From assembly GCA_033809755.1 (NCBI GenBank), contig JAPXLB010000001.1:158563-222562 (forward strand): a stretch of DNA of 64,000 nucleotides, written 5' to 3'. Positions 56,414 to 64,000 of the stretch are shown piece after piece; position 1 is the stretch's first letter; each line of letters starts with the position of its first letter. The notes under the pieces were generated by a model. The model saw nothing but the letters and a program-made list of their open reading frames with translations, made no database searches and was not told the DNA's origin. The stretch is from Lentimicrobiaceae bacterium. Lineage in GTDB: Bacteria; Bacteroidota; Bacteroidia; Bacteroidales; UBA4417. Made by a program: the position numbers and the translations under genes.

Positions 56414-59400
56414 CTATTTAACCGTAACTCTACATCCTGCCGAATGTGAACCGAATTCGGGAGCATAATAGCATTCGGCTACTGTTATGCCATTGGAAAA
56501 GCTGCCTTTTTGCGTTGCAAATAGTTCGTATTCAAAAACGTATTTTCCCTTAGGCATATATTCAATAAAAAACTCGGTTGAAACATCTTTTACGGCTTCG
56601 TAGTAGCCAATACCGTTTTTGTATCTGTACCCCGAAAGATTTGAAACAGGTTCGAAAGTAGCGGCTCGCATGTTTTTAATATGAACGTATTCCAAATTTC
56701 TGTCGGTTTCAATAACCATGCGTACCACAACTTTGTCGCCGACTTCAAGGTTAGTATTGTCAATTTCAATAAGTTGTCTGCCGCTTTCGGAAGTTTCTAT
56801 TTTGTACAGTTGCATTTCTATATTGAAAGGATTGTCAGTATTGCCTTCGGTAATTTTATCAAGGTCTTGATAATATTGCCAATACGTTGCACCCCACGAA
56901 ATACAAGAGTTAGGATTATTAATTTTTAGCTCAACAGCATCGGATTTATCGAAATAATCGGCTTTAAAACTCTTTTTAAAGTAACCGCTTCCGGCTTCCT
57001 GCTTTGTATTGTCGCCGGTTATTCGCGGATTAATTTCCTTGCCGTTAAGTATTATGCTAACGGGTTTGTCTTCGTTAATAATATTATCGCCGTAGGCAGT
57101 AAGAGCGTATATTGCGTTGGCGGTAGATGAGTTGGTCTTCCATCGGTTGGTTTGCTTGTTTTTCAAGAGATTTACCTTCAATCTTTCAACCGAAGTTTGG
57201 TCGTTGGAAACAGTGCTGAAAGTTTCAATCATCATTGTTGTTGTTTCAATCGGCAATTGATACCAATACGGAGTGTTTGGTTCTTTCCAGTACATTCCTA
57301 ACTCGGGTTTGTACAACGATGTTTCTTTAAGCGAATGCATAATAAGTTCCGATGTATTGTAGTTTTTGTTGCCTTTCATGTAAATAGCCATAGCACCTTT
57401 TAAGTAGTTGCTGTAGTTAGTCCAGTACTTGTTTGTTTGCTCTTCGTAATACGAAATTGCATCTTGCAAATCTTTACTGTACGGATTGGCAAAAAAGCTA
57501 CGTGTGTAAAGGTAATGAATTATGCCGGAGTGTAAATGCCTATTGGTTTTGTAGTCTTTATCATACTTTTTGATGTCATCGAAAGTTTCAACAGCTTTTT
57601 TGTCGATAAAATTGATTGCCTTATCAATATTAGGTTTTATCTTGTTTAATGTTTTGCTGTCAATGATATTATTTTTGATAAGTTTTCCGAAACCCGCAAC
57701 AATACTTTGAGTTATGTAAACACTACTTTTTGAGCCGGGAAACCACGACCAACCGCCGTCGTAGTTTTGTGCATCTATCAGCAGTTGTATATCTCGGTCT
57801 TGTCGGTATTTTATATTGTTTAGGTTAAACAGCTGACCAATGTTCAGCTTTTGCTCTTTTTCGCTGATAGCGTCCATTACCCACGGAGTTTCATTCAGAA
57901 CAACAGATTTAAGCTCCTGATTTTTTTCCAAATTCGATAAAAATGTTTCAGGCGTTAGCTTTTGCCAAGTTTCAAAAGTGTGGCGAATTTTCTCGTTGCT
58001 ATTTGCGATGTACGAAGCCAATGTATTAACATAAAAGCGATTGAAAATAACGTCGGTTAATTTTGAATCGTTATTGGTAACGTAAGGCAGAGCTTGAATA
58101 GCGTACCAAATCGGGTTTTCGGTAAACTCAACAATTATGTTTTCGGTTTGTATTCCGTCTTGGTCGCTGAGCGTAATTCTGTCTAAACTAACAGTAGTAT
58201 CTGCATTTCTGCTTATTTCTATCGGGAAACTTTCGGTAACCATCATACGGTTTGGCAAAATCGGCATAAATCCTTCTTCACCGTCCGAAATATTTTTGTT
58301 TTTAGCAATAATGCGATAAATAACAGCATTGGCATTGTTAGGAATATTAATGTTCCAATATGCTTGAGCACTGTTATTGGCTTTAATCGAAACATTTTTA
58401 ACATTGTCGGTATTGTTAAAAGCATAATCGATAGGATTCATGCTTATTGCGTCGAAAAGTTGCAAATACGTTTCAACTTCAATGTCTTCGGAAGTATTGT
58501 TAGTTATTTTAGCACTAATGCTGATTTTATCGCCCTGGCGGAAAAATCGTGGCATATTCGGAAATACCATAAGGTCTTTTTGCGAAACAAAATTTTGCGT
58601 AAACGTACCGTGCTTAAGTTCGGCGTTATGAGCAATTGCCAACAATTTCCACTCTGTAAGCGATTCGGGAAGTGTGAATTTTACTACAAACTCTCCGTCT
58701 TTATTACTCAACAAGTGCGGATAAAAGAAAGCAGTTTCGCTTAAATCTTTTCTGTAGTTTACTTCTGGTTCTTTTTCGTCTGTGTCGGCGTTTTCAGGTG
58801 CGGGAGCAATAGCTTCTTTAGCCGACTCTTCTCTGTAAACTTCTTCAAAAGCATTGCCTGGTACGGCATAATCCATTGTAACATATTCTTCCTGCGCCGA
58901 TTTTAACTTTGTTCTAGCCCCGTCGCCCGCCATCGACCTTAAATAAAATATCTCATTTCCGTAATATCCCGTCTCAAACAAGTATTCGTAATTAATATCC
59001 GTATCAAGAAATTCATATTTCCTTTTAAAATCTACGGCACTAAACAAGTTTCGGTAGTTTACATCGCCACTGTAACAACTGTTATAATTCGTCTTATACG
59101 GAATATACATGCTCCAACCGTTAGGATAGATTGCATCAAGCGATGCATCGTACATCGATGCTAATACTTCCGCTACTTCCGGAAGATTTTTGTTGTTTTT
59201 TATAGTAAACGTCCACTCTTCTTCGGCTCCGGGAGTCAATTTGGAACGTAGCGTTTGCTGAGCAATTTCGAGCTTTTTATTGTCGTAACCGACGATGATG
59301 TCAATATTTTTGCTTAAATAGTGATTATCCCTTAAATAAAAAGCGTTAATTTTCACATTTCCGCGTTCGGCTTCGGTTATAGGTATGCTGAAATTTGTTT

Positions 59401-62400
59401 GCTTGTTGCTGAGTTTGAATTGTTTCTGAAAAATAATTCCGTCAACGTTGGTAGCTTCAACGAAAATCGTGGTATTATCGAAAGGCACACCAATTGTAAA
59501 ATCAATAACATCATCGGGTTGGGCTATACGTTTATTAGCTTCAAATAATAGATTTTCGCTTCTCAAGCCTTTACTATTGCGTGAATCGAAAACGGTAAAA
59601 TATTTCTTGTAATTCACAGGATTGCCAAAAGCGTCTTTTGAATTAATTTCTACAACGTAGAAGCCGGTTTTTAACGTTTTGCCGACTTCAAACTTATTAT
59701 TGTCGGGAGTAGTAAATTTGGTATTCAAAATTTCTTCTTCAACGCTCCATTTGGTATAGTCGTCTTCGTCGTTGTAAATTTCATTTTTAAATAATTTTTT
59801 AAACTCATTTTCGTCAATAACAAACTTATTGGGTTTCTCCCAATCTTTTTTGTACAAAGCCACATCGGGTTCGCGGAGTTTTTGTAGAACGACAGTACCC
59901 GAAGCTGTCTGCTCTTGTCCGCCAAAATTTTCGGCACTTACTTTAAACGAAAAGCCGTTTTTTGCATCAAATTTATCGCTTATATCCGTTGATATAAGCA
60001 ATGAGTTATAACCTACAACTACACTTTTTTGAAAAGAATGTGTTTCGCCGTTGATATCAACAACATCGGCATAAACGGTAAAGTTGTAGTAAGGCATATA
60101 TTTCTTTTCAATTTTGCGGTCGGCGACGGCATCAAAAGCGATGACAAACTCGCCTTTATCGTTGGTTGTGGTAGAACCGTTAAGTATTTCCACATTTTCG
60201 TATTTGAATGGTATGGAATAGTAAAAATAGCTTCTGTAAAACAGAACACTACGTTCAACTCGGTAGTTGACTTTGGCGTCGGAAACACTCGTTCCGCTGT
60301 AACTTGTAGCCGTTCCGCTTACCTTAACTTCTTGATTTAAAACATACTCTTCCGATACGGGTGCAAAATCCACGAAAAACTTAGGACGTTTGTATTCTTC
60401 AACTCTGATGCTGTGGTACAAGTCTTTGCCCGAAACAGTGAAACGTCCGGTAAGTCCCGAAGTAGGCAAGTTGAAAGAACCCGAAAATGAGCCGTATTCG
60501 TTGGTTGTGAACAATGTTTTGTAAACTTCCTGACCGTTGGCATCAAATACTCTAAATTCCGATTTGTAATTTTCTTCCAAACTGAAGTTTTTATTATCAT
60601 CATTAACAACAATTCCTTTGTAATAAACGGTTTGTCCCGGGCGGTATATGGCTCTGTCGGTGTAGAAATAAATTCGTTTTCTGGGCTCCGATTTTGACCA
60701 GCTCGGATAATTATGTCTATATTCTGAAAACAACACGTCATTGCCAACGCCGATAGATAAAAAGTATCTGTCGCCTGATTTATCAGCATCTATTCTGAAT
60801 TTACCTTCAGCGTTTTTGTATTGTTTTTCTTTAATTTTGGTTCTTTCCGTATCGCTTCGTCGGTAATCGCGACTTACAGCATATTTTTTAACAACAAAAT
60901 CATCTATTGGTTTGCCAGTATTTCGGTTAATGACAATATAGTCTTCACCATTATTATTGTTTTTTACTACGTAAGAAATTTCAGAAACACACAAAAGTTT
61001 ATCTCTGTACAATCTTTCAAAATCAAATTTATCATTTTCAGAGAGTTGTAAAAGATAATATCCGGCTTCTAGTTCAGGGAAAATAACTTCTGTGGTATTG
61101 GTAAGATAGTCTCCATCATTAGGCAGATCAATGCTCCAATGTTTTGTAACTTCGTATTTGGATAAATTAATTTTATCAAATTGTCCGTAATTTACTTTAA
61201 TATCAGCTACATCTTTCTCTTTTATTTTAACAAGACGAAGGAAAACCTTGTCGGCGTTTTTATATTTTACCGAAGCCAAAAACGGTTTATTAGGCAGGTT
61301 AACGGATTTGGTAGTAACACTACATTCTTTAGTTTCTATAGAGATTATCAGTTTTTTACACAACTGAGCTCCGTACGATTTCGGATAGCGTTCTACAGCA
61401 TCTGTGCACAAAGTATGAGCTTCTTTTTTAAGCCAACGATATTTTTCATCTCGGGCGGTGTAGTAGTTTTCGCCCATATTGTTGAGATGTTCGGCTAAGT
61501 GATAAATTATTTCGGTATAGCCTTCGCTATGCGGATATTCTTTCGCCAAATTTCGCAAGGCATTTTCGTAGAGAAAATCCTTGCTGTCGTGCATGGTACA
61601 GTTTCCGTATACATAGCTAAGTCGGTTTAAATCGGATGTTATTATTGCCAAAAAATCTTGTTTATCGGTCAAATGAAACTTTATCATATTTTGGTAAATG
61701 ACAAGACTTTTGTATCTGAAAGAATTGGTGTCGCTTTGGTTTATACTGATTTTTGCAAACTGCTTTGCAGGCAAAAAGTAGTCTTCGGAGTCGATATTAA
61801 AGTAAAACGACTTGCTCATTGTTTGTTCAGTTGGATTTGTGTAGAATTTAAGAGCATTGTAAGACAATATATCAAACAGAGTAGGTCGGTAAAGTCTTGT
61901 GCTTTTATCGCCTTTCATAAGGCATTCGTATTCTTGCACAGATGTTTTTTGCAGAATTTCGCTTTGGCTCAGCGATAGGGCAATATTGCTCTCTATTTCT
62001 TCAAAAAACCTTTTTGTACTCCATGTTTCAATGTCGGAACTCTCTCCGTCAAGGGGCAGCCTATCTTCAATTTGCCACCTGTTTCTTTGGTAATGACTGT
62101 AATAAACATTGGCGAGAAAAGCGTGTAATACTTGCTTACTCGGTGCTACGGCGGTTTTAAGCTCATTCTCTATCAGTTCAATGGATTTTATAGTGCTGTT
62201 TTCGGCGTAATCATCCCACGCTTTCATCTTGTATTCAATAGATTTTAAAAGTTCGGGAAAGTTATTGTCTTGTTTGCTTTGCAAGTATATTTTTTCAATA
62301 GCTTGCTCGGCAGTTTTTACCTGACCAATGTCTATAAGAGAGTCAAGTTCTGTCCATTTGTTTGTTGGGTTTTTTTGTGACATTGCTGAAATATTTATTA

Positions 62401-62437
62401 GTAAAAGCGAAAAAAATAAAAGTGCGTACCGTTTCAT
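56414..62437 (-). CDS. Bacterial alpha-2-macroglobulin family protein
   Basis: Signal peptide, YTDRAIYRPGQ, EEYKRP, ETAFFYP, LPESLTEW, PRFFRQGD, QNYDGGWSWF, GDKV.VR and YYAPEF motifs; start MKRY at 62437. Confidence 0.92.
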   Translation of the reverse strand: MKRYALLFFSLLLINISAMSQKNPTNKWTELDSLIDIGQVKTAEQAIEKIYLQSKQDNNFPELLKSIEYKMKAWDDYAENSTIKSIELIENELKTAVAPSKQVLHAFLANVYYSHYQRNRWQIEDRLPLDGESSDIETWSTKRFFEEIESNIALSLSQSEILQKTSVQEYECLMKGDKSTRLYRPTLFDILSYNALKFYTNPTEQTMSKSFYFNIDSEDYFLPAKQFAKISINQSDTNSFRYKSLVIYQNMIKFHLTDKQDFLAIITSDLNRLSYVYGNCTMHDSKDFLYENALRNLAKEYPHSEGYTEIIYHLAEHLNNMGENYYTARDEKYRWLKKEAHTLCTDAVERYPKSYGAQLCKKLIISIETKECSVTTKSVNLPNKPFLASVKYKNADKVFLRLVKIKEKDVADIKVNYGQFDKINLSKYEVTKHWSIDLPNDGDYLTNTTEVIFPELEAGYYLLQLSENDKFDFERLYRDKLLCVSEISYVVKNNNNGEDYIVINRNTGKPIDDFVVKKYAVSRDYRRSDTERTKIKEKQYKNAEGKFRIDADKSGDRYFLSIGVGNDVLFSEYRHNYPSWSKSEPRKRIYFYTDRAIYRPGQTVYYKGIVVNDDNKNFSLEENYKSEFRVFDANGQEVYKTLFTTNEYGSFSGSFNLPTSGLTGRFTVSGKDLYHSIRVEEYKRPKFFVDFAPVSEEYVLNQEVKVSGTATSYSGTSVSDAKVNYRVERSVLFYRSYFYYSIPFKYENVEILNGSTTTNDKGEFVIAFDAVADRKIEKKYMPYYNFTVYADVVDINGETHSFQKSVVVGYNSLLISTDISDKFDAKNGFSFKVSAENFGGQEQTASGTVVLQKLREPDVALYKKDWEKPNKFVIDENEFKKLFKNEIYNDEDDYTKWSVEEEILNTKFTTPDNNKFEVGKTLKTGFYVVEINSKDAFGNPVNYKKYFTVFDSRNSKGLRSENLLFEANKRIAQPDDVIDFTIGVPFDNTTIFVEATNVDGIIFQKQFKLSNKQTNFSIPITEAERGNVKINAFYLRDNHYLSKNIDIIVGYDNKKLEIAQQTLRSKLTPGAEEEWTFTIKNNKNLPEVAEVLASMYDASLDAIYPNGWSMYIPYKTNYNSCYSGDVNYRNLFSAVDFKRKYEFLDTDINYEYLFETGYYGNEIFYLRSMAGDGARTKLKSAQEEYVTMDYAVPGNAFEEVYREESAKEAIAPAPENADTDEKEPEVNYRKDLSETAFFYPHLLSNKDGEFVVKFTLPESLTEWKLLAIAHNAELKHGTFTQNFVSQKDLMVFPNMPRFFRQGDKISISAKITNNTSEDIEVETYLQLFDAISMNPIDYAFNNTDNVKNVSIKANNSAQAYWNINIPNNANAVIYRIIAKNKNISDGEEGFMPILPNRMMVTESFPIEISRNADTTVSLDRITLSDQDGIQTENIIVEFTENPIWYAIQALPYVTNNDSKLTDVIFNRFYVNTLASYIANSNEKIRHTFETWQKLTPETFLSNLEKNQELKSVVLNETPWVMDAISEKEQKLNIGQLFNLNNIKYRQDRDIQLLIDAQNYDGGWSWFPGSKSSVYITQSIVAGFGKLIKNNIIDSKTLNKIKPNIDKAINFIDKKAVETFDDIKKYDKDYKTNRHLHSGIIHYLYTRSFFANPYSKDLQDAISYYEEQTNKYWTNYSNYLKGAMAIYMKGNKNYNTSELIMHSLKETSLYKPELGMYWKEPNTPYWYQLPIETTTMMIETFSTVSNDQTSVERLKVNLLKNKQTNRWKTNSSTANAIYALTAYGDNIINEDKPVSIILNGKEINPRITGDNTKQEAGSGYFKKSFKADYFDKSDAVELKINNPNSCISWGATYWQYYQDLDKITEGNTDNPFNIEMQLYKIETSESGRQLIEIDNTNLEVGDKVVVRMVIETDRNLEYVHIKNMRAATFEPVSNLSGYRYKNGIGYYEAVKDVSTEFFIEYMPKGKYVFEYELFATQKGSFSNGITVAECYYAPEFGSHSAGCRVTVK

Positions 62438-62565
62438 ATGCGTTTGTATGTTGATGTGAAACAAATTGTAAAAGATTTTAAACCAATAACATCAAAAATT
62501 AAGCCACGAAAAGCAAAACGTAATTTTAACGTTTTACTTCAATAGACAAAATGTTTTGTATGATA

Positions 62566-63336
62566 TTAATTAGTTTTGTTTTTGTGTTTTTTATGTAATT
62601 CTTGAATTTTTACGTATTTGATAAATCCCGAAAATGAATTCATAGCACTAATCATAAAACCTTGTCTGCCGTCTAAGAATCCCAAACGTATTATGTAGCA
62701 ATACAAGAATTTGAATAGCGGAGCGAACAATAATTTAATTGTCGATATTTTCCTTCCTTTTTCAAAACTTTCTTTTGCCGAAATATCGGTAAACTTCACA
62801 GTTTGAGCTATATGCTGATTGATGTTTTCAAAAGTAGTGTGCAAAATATCGCCTTTCAGATGTCGCAATTTAGCACCATCGTTCAGCTCAACTTTTTCGT
62901 GTATGTTAATGCCTGTCCAGCCGGCTTTCTCTTTATTCCAAAGTCGTATTTTAGTATCCGGATACCAGCTGCTGTGTTTTATCCATCTACCGCAGTAAAA
63001 ATTAAATCTGTTCATTGAACAAGCATCAGCATTGGGGTTTTTCTTAAACTCGTTGATAGATTCAACAAGTTGCGGCGATAAAACTTCGTCGGCATCAAGG
63101 TTTAGCACCCATTGATGCGAAGTAGCTTCCGTAGCCCATTTTTTTTGGTCGTAGTAGCCTTTAAACTCACGCAAATGAACCTTAACTCCGTGCTGTTCGC
63201 ATATTTCGACGGTTTTGTCGGTAGAGTACGAGTCAACAACAACAATTTCATCTGCCACCTGTTTAAGACTACTTATGCAATCGGCTATTTTGCTTTCTTC
63301 GTTGTAAGTAATTACAAATGCGGATAATTTTATCAT
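62566..63336 (-). CDS. GT2 glycosyltransferase (KdtX/WaaE-like)
   Basis: ITYNEE, VVDSYSTD, LDADE, YPD..IRL, IHE and GFLDG motifs; start MIKL at 63336. Confidence 0.88.
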   Translation of the reverse strand: MIKLSAFVITYNEESKIADCISSLKQVADEIVVVDSYSTDKTVEICEQHGVKVHLREFKGYYDQKKWATEATSHQWVLNLDADEVLSPQLVESINEFKKNPNADACSMNRFNFYCGRWIKHSSWYPDTKIRLWNKEKAGWTGINIHEKVELNDGAKLRHLKGDILHTTFENINQHIAQTVKFTDISAKESFEKGRKISTIKLLFAPLFKFLYCYIIRLGFLDGRQGFMISAMNSFSGFIKYVKIQELHKKHKNKTN

Positions 63337-63454
63337 AAAATGATATTTTGTACAAAAATACATAATTAATTTACATTATCAGAAATACAATATTCAGACT
63401 TAAAAATATTATTTTAGCAAAGCATTAAAATATTTGTAATTTTGCATCATTAAT

Positions 63455-64000
63455 ATGAATGCAAATACATCTCTACTACAAACGATAAAAAATCCGAAAC
63501 AACTGCGTCAGTTACCAACTGATGACTTACCATTGTTGTGTAAAGAAATCAGAGATTACATATTAGAAACCATCTCGAAACATCCGGGTCATTTGGGTGC
63601 AGCACTCGGCGTTGTTGAGCTTACAGTTGCAATACATTACGCTTTCAATACTCCCGACGATAAATTGGTTTGGGATGTTGGACATCAGGCATACGCTCAC
63701 AAAATTTTGACCGAACGTTTCGAAGAATTTAAAACCAACAGGCAATACAAGGGTATAAGCGGTTTTCCGCGTTGTTGCGAAAGTGATTACGATTGCTTTG
63801 GTACAGGACATTCTTCTACAAGTATTTCGGCGGTTTTGGGTATGGCTATTGCTGACCAGCTTTGCAATAACACAGAGCGACAGCATATTGCTGTAATCGG
63901 CGATGGAGCTATGACAGGCGGTATGGCTATGGAAGCTCTAAATCATGCCGGAGCTACAAACACAAACATTTTGGTTATTCTAAACGACAACGGTATTGCA
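63455..64000 (+). CDS. dxs: 1-deoxy-D-xylulose-5-phosphate synthase (N-terminal part, runs off the window)
   Basis: Not in the ORF track. Manual translation: [40 protein letters not shown] and LNDN. TAATTTTG promoter at 63437-63444. Confidence 0.95.
   Translation, partial: MNANTSLLQTIKNPKQLRQLPTDDLPLLCKEIRDYILETISKHPGHLGAALGVVELTVAIHYAFNTPDDKLVWDVGHQAYAHKILTERFEEFKTNRQYKGISGFPRCCESDYDCFGTGHSSTSISAVLGMAIADQLCNNTERQHIAVIGDGAMTGGMAMEALNHAGATNTNILVILNDNGIA

Noticed and set aside
61..63886. Numerous short ORFs antisense to or out of frame within the assigned genes
   Set aside because: They overlap well-supported CDSs and lack motifs; treated as six-frame noise.

Overview
AT-rich chromosomal window from a Bacteroidota bacterium, probably Bacteroidales. 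The evidence is TAnnTTTG -7 promoters, a MurF-like/Alr fusion, a T9SS C-terminal-domain protein and an S46 peptidase. Most of it is housekeeping: kdnB/kdnA, fabD, waaA, ribF-like, asd, hemW, PPK2, lipB/lipA, nrdJ, mqnC, purN, msbA-like, rbfA, alr, pdxA-like, ABC-F, AsmA-like, DPP7, alpha-2-macroglobulin and dxs. One AT-rich island encodes a Type IIS-like restriction-modification system: two M.FokI-like N6-adenine methyltransferases and a nuclease with two apparent active sites. The most unusual signal is intergenic. About eleven 'repeat islands' are built from ordered heptamer tracts and several REP-like palindrome families. One ~27-33 bp palindrome (core CGCTTT[A/G]CAAAAGCG, 9 copies plus a half-site) repeatedly borders unrelated cargo: a lipoprotein gene, a pair of AT-rich membrane-protein paralogs, a 310-bp fold-back element, and two tandem 'palindrome + promoter + small RNA' units, one of which folds into a tRNA-like cloverleaf on a 19-bp stem. 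No transposase, integrase, CRISPR array, rRNA or canonical tRNA was seen. All assignments are by eye from motifs; no searches were run.
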